Shown here: in pieces, positions 47,227 to 61,300 of the stretch
How the letters are laid out: each line of letters starts with the position of its first letter
Position numbering within the stretch: position 1 is the stretch's first letter
Origin: Lytechinus pictus
Taxonomy: Eukaryota
NCBI RefSeq assembly: GCF_037042905.1
Contig: NC_087254.1
Span: forward strand, 20,026,001 to 20,090,000
DNA length: 64,000 nt
Direction of reading: 5' to 3'
The notes under the pieces: generated by a model
Database searches by the model: none
What the model was told of the DNA's origin: nothing
The model's input: only the letters and a program-made list of their open reading frames with translations
Made by a program: the position numbers and the translations under genes

Positions 47227-47937
47227 TTAAACGAAAGTACGCCAAACCACAGATGATTTAGAACCCCCACCGTGGCCTCAGAAGTCTTTTAAACGCCGTA
47301 CCTTGGACTGACGAGTAAGTGACACACCAGTGGGCGTATGAGAGATCGTAGAAAGCTACCCAATAATTCCGTCTCTTATATGAGAAGGAAGACAGTATTG
47401 TTTGCAATTTAATTTCCAGCAAGTTTGAGATCAGATACTTCCATTTTGCCAAAGGGGTATAACTTGGAACGCAATCTGGGAAATTAAACTTTCTAGACCT
47501 CCATCAATCCCAGCAAGTGATTACCGTGATATTTCTCATCTCATATATAGCCACAGGGCATATTTCTGTCCGGGCGTACACAAAAGTAATTACTTTAAGT
47601 CGACAAATGAACTTTGAAATCGATTTTCGTAATCTTATTTCACCATATGATTTATTTTATAAATTCTATGTTTGTTCCTCTAGAAATCTAACCCATGCCC
47701 TTTAGTTTCACAATAAAGTTTACTATGTTTACGTAGACGATGTAGGTCGAAGATGTTTAACAAATAGAAGGAAAATTAATTGAAAGACAGACTGAAAGTG
47801 CATTATCTGTAAACTGTAAAGAACGTTTAATTTGTATATGCCTTAACCAAATTCGATCTGTCTTCGATTTTCTTTGTGCTATAGCGATATATACACTGAA
47901 GTATAGATTTTAAAAATCGCAATTCGTCTGCCCGCAT

Positions 47938-48152
47938 CGGTGACACGACATTTGCTCCTCCGAAATTTGCTCCGGTCTTAATATCTCAGAGGGCATAGGG
48001 TTAGCATTAGGATTGTGATAGAGTTTTGTTTCAGAATAATATAAAGATAAGGATTAGGGTATATTTAGTTTTGGAGGTTACAATTTATGTTTGGCATAAC
48101 GTACAATTTTTCCATCGAAGCAATTGTCACCGGAGCAAATGTCATGGCATCA
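47938..48152. mobile_element. Short MITE with internal TTAGGG-like repeats
   Basis: TIR gacatttgctcc / ggagcaaatgtc; internal tagggttag, attagggt. Confidence 0.65.
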
Positions 48153-49935
48153 GATCCCTATGTACAACAATTTTCGTTATATTATGTACAAAAATACAGT
48201 TAAGGTAAATGCTTGAATATATATTATAAAACTATGACAGACATTCTTTTAAAACGTTCTCTTACATTATCAAAAAAAGAATAGTCAAAATGGCCATCCT
48301 CTTGGCTAATTGTGTCTGACCGTATAAAATTGGTTAAACTCAATCAAATAATTGTTAGATTTTAACCAATAATGTGATTGATTTTAACCCTTTTTGGTCG
48401 CACACATTACATTATAAATCAAGAAAATTTTCGAGTGTATTTTCAAATAAGCTTAAAACTCTTTACTGGAAGTTACATCCAATTTATGACCCCACACTCT
48501 TGAACAGGATTAACAATGTCGAATACCATACAAGGTTTCAAGTATGCAAATATATATTTAACATAAAAAAAGACATTCTAATGCATTTGGGAATGGGGCC
48601 CGATAGAGAATGTCAGTCGGTTACCCAACAAAAAAGTGGCCTTCAAACCCTGTAAAATGCTCGACCAAAGTAGTTAATGTATGTATTTGAAAACTACACG
48701 TCTGACGTTGAAAAAACAACGATAAGGCTGCATAATGAAAATCTACAAACTGGACGAATATTAAAGGTCATTTTTGTTCCCGAAGCAGGACAAAATATTA
48801 GTACTGAGAGCATGTCAAATTCTTAAACCATTGTCAAGTTAATTCATTAAAATCAATACAGAAATTAAAAAGGTTTCGGACGTTATCTGAAATTGTCGAG
48901 GCTGACTGGATAAACAATTCTGTCTTATTTCAACACTACGGTAATATAAAATATAACATGCATTCTTCTGATCATCTAACAGCTTAGGATAAAAATATGA
49001 ATTATTCCAACCCTTGAATGATAAACATGTTAGTAACCGTACACCACCGTTACGTTATTTTCGATTTCCTGTTTTTACAGCATACAATAAATTTCAACAA
49101 CCGAAGATTAATTCCTTTAAAAAAAAACATGGAGCATATTCTAGTTTTTGTTCTTCTTATTCAAACAAGCAATATTAGCATAACCAATGCATGTGGGTGA
49201 AACATGTGTAGCTCGAGACAGGCAAGATATTGATTTTAACAGCTGCATATTGTGTGCACACTGAAACCAACTATCCATTACGCGATGACATAAATAAGGG
49301 AATACCATTACAAATCATATTACAATATTCTTTAAAAAAGAGTATAATATTTGTATTCCAACCTCGGTTCCGCTTATGAAAGAACGAATATAACTATAGT
49401 GCATCCTCGCGACATGTGGACGAGTTTTGAGTTGTACATCATTCATTAGGTTGTAAGAATACACATGGTTTACCCATTTTGTGCAAAATGTTAATTTTCC
49501 CGACGATTATGCATCATAGCTGTTATAAGCACCAAGAGAACATGGTTTACATCTATCCAAGCGTGATTACTGTGGACAGTGTTGTTCGCTTGGCTGGAAA
49601 TAGAAATAATTCGGAGTGTATTCAAGGAGAGAAATCACGAACTTAAAATTTTACCAATGCTTCATTCACTATATCACAATCATGACATATCTCCTGGGTT
49701 ATTGTGATATTCTAAGACATGTCCAAGACGCGCTCCGGTGATATCTAGGTGATGCAACAACAGCATCGCTGTATCACGAAGCTGAATTGTTCAGCGGATG
49801 GTAAATGGCACACGAGCGATCTGGCGGTTGTTCTATCAAGACGATCACCGATCGACAATTGTTTGTGGCCATGGTGGTCGACGACGTGTCTATGAAGTCT
49901 ATATCGCCATCGTTCGATCGGTGACCAGTTGTATG

Positions 49936-50385
49936 TCATACCTCAACCTCGGCAGATACGCTGCTGGTCTGACCCCGTCGATCGCTCCCCCTCAGAGGCG
50001 ACATTTTGTGGTAAATCCTCCTAATCGAATCCCGTTTCTTAAGTTTTGCTTCCTGCTCGGCACGATCGAGTTCTTGTAGCATTTTCATCTGAACCGATGC
50101 TGTGATGATCGGTTCCCTCAACCAGCACCGGCACCCAAGACCAACGATGGCTGCTCCCACCACGAATCCTATCAAACAGACAGCTCCATAGGGCCACCAT
50201 CGGAACACATTATACAGATCGGTGAATACCCCAATAGAAATAAGCGAGGCAAGGATAAAGGCGACACCTAGCAGAATAAGTGAAAGGCGTCCACACTCCG
50301 GTAAAAAGATGGGTACATTGCCGCTAGGTATCGCATGCTCCGGACTGCTCCCAGAATGTTTGGGTGATTTTCTCACCGATCCCAT
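49936..50385 (-). CDS. Uncharacterised 149-aa 2-TM protein C
   Basis: Kozak-like aatATGg preceded by a polypyrimidine acceptor (~50401-50420, minus); two hydrophobic helices with short loop, juxtamembrane GCRCW, basic helical tail, C-terminal EVEV; GC-rich relative to flanks. Confidence 0.75.
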   Translation of the reverse strand: MGSVRKSPKHSGSSPEHAIPSGNVPIFLPECGRLSLILLGVAFILASLISIGVFTDLYNVFRWWPYGAVCLIGFVVGAAIVGLGCRCWLREPIITASVQMKMLQELDRAEQEAKLKKRDSIRRIYHKMSPLRGSDRRGQTSSVSAEVEV

Positions 50386-50499
50386 ATTGTTGACTTATTT
50401 CTTTCTCAAAGAAAAAAAACACACACACACACGTTTGCAAAAGATAAATCTATATCTTAAAAGGAAACCAGAGATAGCAATAGGTATATCACTCTAATG

Positions 50500-52200
50500 A
50501 ATGCAGATCACCCTTACGTTTCTCGCCTGCGTTCTCGTATTCCCCCCGCATTGTAATCTGGTCACCGTATCGATGTAGATACTCTGGTTGACGTGTTCAT
50601 TGCGTATCTAGGAATATCATCTTTCCACCGCAGGAACTCGGGTGAAATTGTTTCTCAGCTCGCACTCTTTTTGCGAAGGGAACCTCGTCGTTACAACATA
50701 TAACTAGTTACGTGGCACCGAGTGTCACAGAGTAGGAAATTCCTCTTGTCAATACGCTACAATCGAGGAACGAACCCACTTTGTTTCCAAACCATGTGAT
50801 GTAATATAAGAAAGAACAGGGGATAGAGAGGACGGGATGACAGGATAAGTACTCCGTTTACCGTTTGGGTATAAACATCTGCGATCACCCGGTCATTAGC
50901 CTAATTCGTGTCAGGAGAACTCGCTCACTCTAGGGTACACTTCGGTAATTGAAATCAGATAATAGTCGTCGTTTACACCCGCTGTGTGGAGATCGTGTGG
51001 TTGTAACTAAGATTGCTTACCGCAGGCTTGCATAAGAATGATACAATGATAAATATCAATGTCCCACAAATCCCGTGAAGATGGTGTCCATTTACTGAAC
51101 ACAAGAGATCGCTGTCCATACCAATTGTTGAAAACCAAAATTCATTCAAATTTGTTACCTTGGTGCAGACTATACAATATTATTCGTCCCATGTGCAGGA
51201 TACAGGTGTTCACAGTTCACATAATTATTTTACTACCGGTAGTTGTCGTTTTCTCTAATACCTCTGCAGGAGATGTATAGAATTAAAAAAAAACAGCATC
51301 AAAGCATCATGGGAAGATGAGAATCTTTGCCAAGAATACACACGTCGTTTTCCAGCATTTCTTTAATCACAACTTGAATACGACGCTTGTTAATACCACA
51401 GGGATCGTTGCTCCTTTGAATATATTCCGTTGAGTTGTTTTTTATCAGACAACCATGCATTCGGAATCTGGCGTTTACGATTACAAATAAACCACCAAAG
51501 TGCTCACCTAAGAAGAATGAATAGAATATGTCTGATACAAACGATCTTCTCACATCGCAGTTCGCAATTGAGAACGTCGCGATAGGAATCGGAGCGTAGT
51601 ATCACAACATATTCACATCTAACGAAGACGACAGAGGAACCGGATAGCATTAATTCCCGCCAAAAACACAGGCGATGACTAACACTTGAAAAAAACGGAG
51701 TGAAATTCGATAATTCTGGCTATAAATCAGTGCCTGGATGTAAAGTCGATAATCTAAACCCTGCCCTTCTCCGGTTTCCAGCAAGTTAATTTCCCCACGC
51801 GATGAAGACACAAGGCAGAACGCTCTTGAAAGACGAAAACAACAAATGTCTTTTCTTTAAAACGGAAGATCTTCAAGAAGTGCTTCCGAGTGACAGCGTT
51901 GACTGGATTTATGTTCTTGATCAGTTCGAAATGTCAACTAGGTATGGCGCGCGCACGCCTCGTCGTTTAGCGTAGCTCCGTTTATGACGGTCTTTCTAAA
52001 TTAGATAATAGACTCCAACGCGAGCAAGTGGAAGGGGGTAAATCGATGCAGAGCGAGACCCTCCCGGTGATCAGCTCGCTCCTCTGTCCAACATCGTGAC
52101 GGTTTGGAGCAGGAAATCGGGTGTTTCAGCTTAGTAGTAATCAGATCAAAGTCAGTAGAGTTGGATGGTGGATGTTTTAACCAACGTCAGTATATCGATA
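50500..52200 (-). promoter_or_regulatory. CpG-rich, repeat-free region upstream of protein C (candidate 5'UTR exons/promoter)
   Basis: Visibly higher CpG content; minus-strand GTAAG donors near 50517 and 51020. Confidence 0.3.
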
Positions 52201-55200
52201 GAGACGGAGACATGGCCTACATCGGAAAAAAAGAGTACACAAGAAGAAATCAATTAAAAGACGTTTACATTGAGTTAGCATGAGGAAAGGCGTGACCGTT
52301 ATCTACAAAACCCGACTTTTATAATAAAGTCATGATTTAAACAAAATCAGAAAAATAATAGAAATATCAAGGAAAAGTTGAACAAGTTCTGATGACAAAA
52401 GAATACAGCTATATTAAAATTCTGATCGATTTTATCATTATTCTGTTAGTATTTTCAAAATTAGCAAGTTAGAAATTCACCCAAACCATAGTTTGATTTG
52501 AAGAAATGTAAAAAAAAAAATCTCCAAAGTCCTAACTCATTCAAATGACCAAAACCAGACGGATGTTTAAAGGTATGACACTTTATAGTTTCACCAATGT
52601 CACAGAATACGCAAATGAGGGAGCTTCTCATTTCAAATATAAAATTTCTTTATGAGACATGTCTGTCAGCGGGGGTAAGGAGCAGTGGCAGACTCATCTA
52701 TGTTCTACTACTGGATACACCCACAGCGACAAAATACAATATTTGAACCATGTCACCGCGCTAGTAAAACCAACACTTGTCAACCCTCACGACAAGTCCA
52801 TGTTCAAATAGTGGCGCATGCCATCGCATCACTCATTTTGATCACTTGTAGTTTTACATCTCAACCCATGTTAGCGTTCTCGTCATCTTGCTATATTGTC
52901 TCTGCATGTTCTGAGCCGAGATCCCGCTGTTTAATATTTACTCAAATCAACTACATCACCGTGGTCGTGTGAGTGAAAAATGGATTCAATAAACCGACAG
53001 AAGAAGCGCAGAGTGACATGCAACGCTCTGAGCTAAATTTACAAAGTGATTCGTTCATCAGAAAAAAACGCAGGAGAATTTTATGTGCTTCACACGTAAA
53101 AAATCAACTTCTAAAGAGGACAGAACATCAATATGACGATAAAGGCAACCCAATATTTTTTCAAGACAAGTTAATATAATAAGGTTGGGTCGTATAACAG
53201 CAACATCATCTTTGCTTTGTTATTAACTTCTTGTCATTTTTGTCATTTTCGCTATCAACTACAACATAAACAACATGGCAACCTTATACTACTATTATGA
53301 AGGTGATTTCGATGGGCCAATGAAAGAACTTCGTTACAACTTAATGGGCACTACAGCTGTTCTATCCACAAGCAATGTTTCTACTAATGTACGTATTCGT
53401 TGCAATCTTTCGGAGTAAATTTTCTTACATGGTTAAGCGGTGATCTACGAGACACGCGTTACACAAGCCTTCCGAAAAGATACCCTTCAATTCTGAAACA
53501 CGATAAATCAGTTAATGTCACATTAATACATTAATTGCCGATACATTATCATGTTCTGTTAAAATTGGCTTATAGTCTAGAATGAAACAATGAAATTGCA
53601 TCACATTAAGTAATGGCTTCAAAGCGCGCTTGGTGGCAAGGTAAAAATCCCTTTAACAACAAAAACGATTTATTTTTTAAATGAAACCATTGAACTGTCG
53701 AGTGTTCATCAGTGTGTTCATACTTCACAGTCAATATCATTGTGATTTGATCTTTACAATAGATCAGTTCGGTATTACCTCATGGGCAATTTTGGTAAAA
53801 CGACCTTTCATTTTTTACATTATGATAGTCAGTTTTCAAAGCAAGATATTATGTAAGCATGCCTTACATAGCAGGATGCAGACATTGTATAGAGCATGCA
53901 GGTGACTAGAATAGCACACCAATAAACACGCTATGAAAGTATTGGTTGCATTTTTAATTTGAACGGCTGAATGCAATAACAAGTTGCTATAACAATGTAG
54001 GCCTACTTGGCACACTGTGAAATACAAGTCGCTAGTGGACGCATTGTTGTTTTTAGTGGATCTAATGAAAAAAACAAAATTCAAAAGAAGATATGAATAA
54101 TCAAGACATCAAAGTTGGTACTTATCCCACTAGATATCAAACCACCACGTCCATTTTAGTACGAATGATCTTCTTCTGATCATGCGCAGAATAGAACTCC
54201 GAACTCGCTTTTATACTGAACCCCCTCCCCCACCCCATCCGCTCATATCACATCAATAATCTCGCCTGCTTCTATTGCTACTCCATATCTATCGTTGACC
54301 GCATGCAGAACTCAAGAACAATTCTCGATATCAAAATACTTGAGCGATCGTTCGATTTGTTTTTGCTGGGACCAGAAAAAGGCGCGCGGGTCGACTCGAA
54401 ATCATTCAGTATCCCTTCTCAATTTTCCAATCAAATTCGTCCTCCAAAAGAAATCCAAATAAACAAAGAAGATATAAAATGAAATAAGACGGGCACAATA
54501 GGGACGAGGGAGAAAGGCAGAAAGAGAGAAAGACAGAGAGACACGAAATATATTAATAGGAAAAATTGAGAAGATGGGGAGAGAGCGGGAGAGAGCGGAA
54601 GGGGGAAGAAGGGATGTGACAGAGATAAGTTTGATTATAAAGTGGATGCGACGTCGGGGTTTACCTGTAAAATTTAAAAGATAAAAATAGGAATGTGCGC
54701 AGGCCGGTAGGTAGGGTAAAGGAGGGGGGGGGGGTAGAACATCTAACTAGAAAGGTTATTAACGTCTGGTAAATTAACGATATTGGGTATTTTAGATATT
54801 GTCTGGGATGGTAACGACTGGTTTTATTGTAAGGATTGCTGCAGTTCTGATCCGTCTACGTCATAATAGAAGAACGCAAAACTCTTTAAAACACATGTGT
54901 ATCCCCAATACCTCTCTATATAAATTGTCGTTGTCATCGTCATTGACGCAGCTTATAAACAGACGTCACCCCAGTGAATTATAACGCCGCCGTTTATAAT
55001 GCAACACAGTTATATTCACTGAGGTGACGTAAAACCTAGAATGTAACAAATTATGCTATCCTGATCGTGTCGGTGTATCACTGATTCGAATCGATGTAAT
55101 ATAATTGCTCATACAACTGTAAAACAAGTCAATCTCGGGTAAGAATGTTGGAACGCGGGATGTTGATAACGGAAAAGGTGACAGGTGTAACTGTACCTAT

Positions 55201-57456
55201 GAATGAATCATGAAAAAGAAAATAAGGGAGATCCAAAGCTTGCCATTAAACCAGGAGGAAATTACAAATAAAATCGATGCAGGTCGAAGTGACTGCATGT
55301 AACTGTAATATATAAAGACATTTCTTATACGCGTTATGAATTAGTAGAAAGATCGGAAGACAGTAAATATAGAGAACCGCAAATGATACAGTCAGTCGGC
55401 AGGTCCTCAAAAAGTAGCTTCATTTATCCCAGTGATATTCATGACCAGAAAGGTGTTACATATTTAATTCGGTAATTGCTGCTCTAAATACATATCAAAT
55501 TTCATAATTTTGGCATCATTATAAAGGAGAATCATTCTTTCAAGTTATGTGTTTGATTTTATTAAAATAAATTTGTGATGTATGTGAAAGTTTTGATCTA
55601 AAACATACTATAAAATAATTATGTTCTCCTAACACAAGTTGTTATTTTTACACTTAATCTAAGCTTTATTATGAAATAGGTTGTATAAGAAGACGTGCTG
55701 TAAATGGGTCAGAATCCACCTATCTATCCATAGGCCAAGTACATTTTGCATCTTGAAAGCAAGAATACTGCACTCTGATTGGTCAAAGAGACCACACATC
55801 CACTCAAATTCCGACGGTTTCCATGCTGGGGCCTCTCCAAGGTCATTCCCACCATGTGGTTATCTCTGTAAATTACCCGGGCATGTTGTTTTGAAACATT
55901 GTCCAGACAATCAGAGCTCTGGATTTCATGTTACTCAGAAATTTGAGAAATCTCGTCTTGCATCTTGATGGAAGTAGCTAGATCCTGATCCATTTCCAAG
56001 GTGTCACAAATAAACAGTGACATTGTAAGAACGTACAGAGAATGAGCTTTACGATGATATAGATATTATTTTTGCTCAAAATAAAAACGTTTTGCACATT
56101 TTGCAAGAGAAAACAGGAAACAACTTCTTTTTGGGGACATTTTTTCCGGTCTAGACTTCAGTTATTTATCAAAATATTTTATTCAAAATAAATATCCACA
56201 AAGACTAATATTTACTCTTTCCTATGACATGTATGGTGCAATAATATTCGATTTTACTCGAAGATAAAGTGGTAAAGTTCTTTGAGAAAGGAAGTCTCAC
56301 AATTCACGAGATTTTGCAGGGAGATGAATTCAGCCATGAGAGGTTAGAATAAATCTTGCCTATCTGCTCATTAACATACAGCCCTGCAGTCTGGCTGGAT
56401 AGAAAGATAGAGAGTAAGCTAACAAGAAAGAAATTAAAGTAGACACGCCAAACAGAGGGAAGAACAAAGAAAAACGCAAACAGACGGACATAACTTTAAT
56501 CAATTTAACAAGAGGGTGACATCTTGTTATAATCTAGCCTCTATGAAACTTCTACCCTTGGAGGACCATGTATCTATAAAATACATACCAGAGGGCAGCG
56601 TCACGGTGACTAGAACATCAATAAGTGCTCGAAGAAATGTGTATGTGATGGGGATTATGGATATGGCAAGTATATACAGAAGATTAAAATGCTACTGAAT
56701 TATTAAAAACCTTTAGGGCGGTTGAATTAACCTAAAAATGAATACATCTCCTTGGGTAACATACCACCTCTCCCCCTCGTCCCCTCCTCTCCATCTTCAA
56801 CTTTCTCCCTCATAATCTCGGGATACCATCATCAGAGTATGACTATTTTTATTGTGTTGGGAAATCCGTTACACAACGCTATTTAAAAGTTAATTTATGG
56901 AACATGCAACGACGTCTGTCTACGGACTAGGACGAAACTCTCAGACGATCATAATCCAAATTGATAATAATAAGACTATACGAATTTATAAATTTTACTA
57001 AAAAAAAAAAAAAAATGTTTAGCATGGTTCCTCAAAGGGTCACTTTAAATAGATGATTGCGAGAATATTCTAACACTAATCAACAGAATGATCTTTGTTT
57101 TAAAGATGGAGAATCGATCGATGAAGAAAAGCTATTGTGCGAATGACCTTGGGAATTTTCACTCCCCCTTCGCGTGTTAGTTCTTATTGGATATTCGCCT
57201 CATAAAGCTGGGAAAATAGTAATCATTGGTCTCTTTGGCAATTTCCTTATCTGAATTACACTTCAATCTTCCCCAAGTATGATCCTCACGAACTCTGATT
57301 GATCCTATATCCCAACTAGAAGAACGGCAAACTGATCGTACGATTCTTTAACTCTTTGCGCGCTGATGTTGCAATTTTGCACATTCGTACAATTAAATTT
57401 AACAATTGTATCAATTAGTTTTCTCCTCTACATACATATTAGAGAAGCTCATACAT

Positions 57457-57733
57457 TAATAATAATAATAATAGTTGGATTTATAAAGCGCTTTTTGCCA
57501 GAGGATACAAAGCGCTGCTATTATTACCCCGGCTTTAGCTCGAGCTACCATCACCGGCGCTCAGTGCATGCAAGGAATTACCCCTGCCGGGTACCCATTC
57601 ACCTCACCTGGGTCGAGTGCAGCACAGTGTGGATAAATTTATTGCTGAAGGAAAATACGCCATGGCTACGATTCGAACACACGACCCTCTGTTTAAAAGG
57701 CGAGAGTCAGAACCACTAGACCACGACGCACCC
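57457..57733 (-). mobile_element. tRNA-derived SINE, related subfamily of 7688-7972
   Basis: Minus strand gggtgcgtcgtggtctagtgg (A box), gtgttcgaatc (B box), shared core ctgcactcgacccaggtgaggtgaatgggtacc, (TTA)n tail. Confidence 0.88.
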
Positions 57734-57952
57734 ACAATGGTTCTTCGATAACATCTATGTAATAATCATAAGTATCAATGATGCAATGTAGAAATCATCA
57801 ATCGAAGAAAATAACATTGAAACAGTTGTCATTATTATCCCCCAAAATTAATTCAGTGTGAAAGGACAATATTTCGTGCTTTGTTTTGAATCTGAAGTGT
57901 ATTGCATTAAAAAAATTAAAAAAAATTGTTATCATAATGTGCTAGACAAACT

Positions 57953-58595
57953 ACCGAGTGAGTAAAAAATTTGACACCTCATAAATCCCAAATTTAAGGG
58001 GGGAAAAAGTCATGAAGCATAATTATTACATATGGCTGAAAAGAGTATTTTCTGCCAAATAATTTGATATCATATTTATGCGGTATGTCTTCACGCTTGG
58101 ATAATTAGGAGGTATTCTTTGCAGTGATGAACATTTTGATTTGCGCCAAAGTAATGCATGACTGCAGTGAATGAACCCCAGATGCCAATAATGTCATAAT
58201 CCTGCATGAGTTAGTAAACATATTTGCAGTCCCTTTTCAATTGAATTAACTTAAGAATTGATACTAAGAAATGTTTATTAAATATAAATATAATGTAATT
58301 AATGAATGATTGTTTTGAATAGGATTTTAATGCAACCTTTGTAGGATTATGACATCATTGACATCTGGATTCCTTTATTGCATGCATGCCATGCCTCAAA
58401 AATTACATCAATGCAAATAATTCCTCCTGATCATCCAAGCGTTAACACACACGCATAAATACATGTATGGTATCACATTATTTGAAAGAACATTCTCTTT
58501 CAGGCAATATATAATAATTATGTATTATGTACTCATGACATTTTTTTTCTTAAATTGGGGATTTGTGAGGTGTAAAGTTTTTTATTGACTCACAT
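57953..58595. mobile_element. Degenerate Tc1/mariner-like MITE
   Basis: Inverted arms gtgagt..aaaa..acacctcataaatcccaaattt / aaattggggatttgtgaggtgt..tttt..actcac. Confidence 0.6.
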
Positions 58596-58978
58596 GCACG
58601 ATATAACTAATTTCAGCCATCGCATTTGCAATTCGCTATACTTTTAAGACGATTGGTCGTTTCTTCCGAGTAAAATACGAAAGTTAAATTAAGAATTTAA
58701 CGTTGTAAATTAATTTTGTAAATGAGAGCTAACAACTAAAGAATTATAAGAATCTGTACATTCGTGGCAAGTCCTCATTCAGGAGAAAATGGGCATACTT
58801 CAGAGACCCCAAATACCAAATAAGAGAACCCTAATCGAAATATTGGGAAACAAGGTTTTCTCTCATACAACAAAAAGTCAGTTTCACCCTCGTATTAAAA
58901 TGATATAATTATATCTTCTAACCCTTTGTAATAATTCCCTGGAGAACTTTCAGTGAAGTTAGACATTCTGTCTACTAA

Positions 58979-59061
58979 TGCTGCTTTAACACCAAGGTAC
59001 GATCGCTGGGTACGGTAGCAGAGACCGTACCTAGCGATCGTACCTTAGTGAGAAAGCAGCA
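58979..59061. mobile_element. 83-bp hairpin MITE (PIF/Harbinger-like)
   Basis: 38-bp arms tgctgctttaacaccaaggtacgatcgctgggtacggt / accgtacctagcgatcgtaccttagtgagaaagcagca, 7-nt loop, taa/caa flanks. Confidence 0.65.
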
Positions 59062-60639
59062 CAAGATTCCCTTCGCCCCCAAACAAAATGGCAGTTCAGA
59101 GATTTTTATTGATTGAGCGTCAGCTACTACATGCTTTTCATGTAAACAATAATGAATCATAATTAAATTATAAATGTCTGTGTAAATACGATGACCTCCA
59201 CGACAGGAAATCAACATCAGCATCTACGGAGAAATATGACGAGTACCAAATATCGATTCATCTAAATTTAAAAGATGTGTTTGGAGCTACAAGAGAGACA
59301 GCAATAACATTCCCAACTATAGTAACAATATATCTTATATTGTTTAGTCTCCTCAGTGGGATTGTCTTTGTGAGAGGTTGTTTGGGTTTTTATTTTCAAA
59401 TTCACTTTTGTAAACTATCAATGATATTGACAATTGACGGACAATTGGATTATAACAGTAATTTTTTAGTTGGTCTAAAAAAACCCAGCAAACATCAAAA
59501 GCAACAACAGCAACAACAAAAACCCGAAGTAAAATGGAAAAACATTCAGCTTGATGCTATTGATTTTTTGTAGGTTCCGTCTAGTTGAAACCATTGGGGG
59601 AAATAACATGTTCATAGTTTACACTTGCTTGGCATGCTTCGAGCAATAGTTAACCATCTCGTCTCTCGAGCAAAAAATCAATTCAATACTGACCCTTCTG
59701 GATGTCCTCGTAAATTTCCACCATCTCCAATCTTGCCAAACCAATTTTTCCTCATCTTGAGTGCAACCCTATCTATTGATTACCATAATGAAGCTCATTT
59801 CGCAACATTTTGACGTCCTTCTCCGCCCGGTGTCATTTTCCGGCCGACGATCATATGGCGCCAAAGTGAGAAGACGTTCGCACAGACCAGTGTGATGTCT
59901 CAATATTCGATGGCGTTGATCAACAACTACACCCTGACCTATCCATATACTGGGAATAGGCTAATACTCCTGCGTGGAGTACCCATGCGTGATGAAATGC
60001 GAGTTTAAGGACACATACATGTAAATGTTATACTTCACCATCAGTGGGAACAGATATCAGCTTCCTGGGCATAGCAAATGCACATACGATAATGCATGCT
60101 TCTTATCCACAATCTTCTTTCAGATAACTTCAAGACGATAACGTAGACCAACTTATGAGAATCGTTAACTCAGAACTCCTACATGTGACGGGTTGAATCA
60201 AGGCAAACTAGCTATCACTTAACCTTCAAAAGAACAACATTAATCTTTTTATAAACAAATTGTAAACAATAACCCTCGTAGACTGTGTTTTTATTAACAA
60301 ATATTTGAGTTTTTTAATTGATAATAAATCGTCTAGGAAACCACACATCGATAATTTATGCAAAAAATAATCAAGATACGTTGAAATGATCAACACACAT
60401 ATTTTCTCCCATCTCTCACACTTGTCACTCTTTACCAGACCTTAATATTAATATACATTAATTATGGAATTTTGCCATTGGTTTGTGTAATCAAAACACA
60501 GTTTATGACCATCTAGTTGCAGACAAAAATCCTTCGGATAATTTTTCAAAAGCATTACAGATCGCATATAGATATCTTATTTTTTATGATATCCTTAAAG
60601 TGAATGATATATCTATTTCTACTCGGACAATTTATATTC

Positions 60640-61300
60640 AAACTAGGTAAAGACGATCTCCCCGCGTTTTTTTAAATTCAAATATGTTATGCAAAAACTC
60701 TTCTGTGCACGTTTACCCAACACGGTAGGGAAACTGTAAATTCCCTGCCTAATGATTTGAAAGAATCTGCTAGCCTACTGCCTTAGTATTTTCAAATGTA
60801 AACTTAAAAGATGTTAATTTATCAGCACTCCACACCAGCAAGCAACAACTAATACTTGTGTTTCATTTTACAATAATGATATGACGTGCCTATTGACTTG
60901 TTGCACCATCATATACCTGTACCTCTACACTTTTGCCAACACAAATTTGCCTTCTTTCTCGACCCCCCCCCCCCCCACTCTCTCTTCATTCTTAGCCTCT
61001 CTACTATCCACTATAGTTGGTTATGATTTTTTCTTATATTTTTGTCCCTCATTAGTTCTATTAAAAATATATTTTATGCACCTCGTAATTCTCAGGGGCT
61101 TAATTGCCACAGTTTTAAGCATAGCTCTTCTTGGCAAGTCCCTCCTTTCCCCTTTCCATTAATTTCTACAAAGCAAGTTCTATGTAGCTAGCACAAATCC
61201 ACCCTTTCTTCTATTTTTATATGAATGTGTATGATTTACACGTTTTGTGATATATATGACGCATTACAGTTATGTTACTTTTATTTTTTGAGAACGGAAA
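60640..61300 (+). mobile_element. Decayed CR1/L2-group LINE 3' end
   Basis: Remnant peptide NSLPNDLKESAS..FKCKLK resembles the LINE ORF2 C-terminal WNSLP...FK..LK motif; followed by 3'UTR stem-loop (ggggctt..ttgcca...ttggcaagtccc). Confidence 0.55.
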
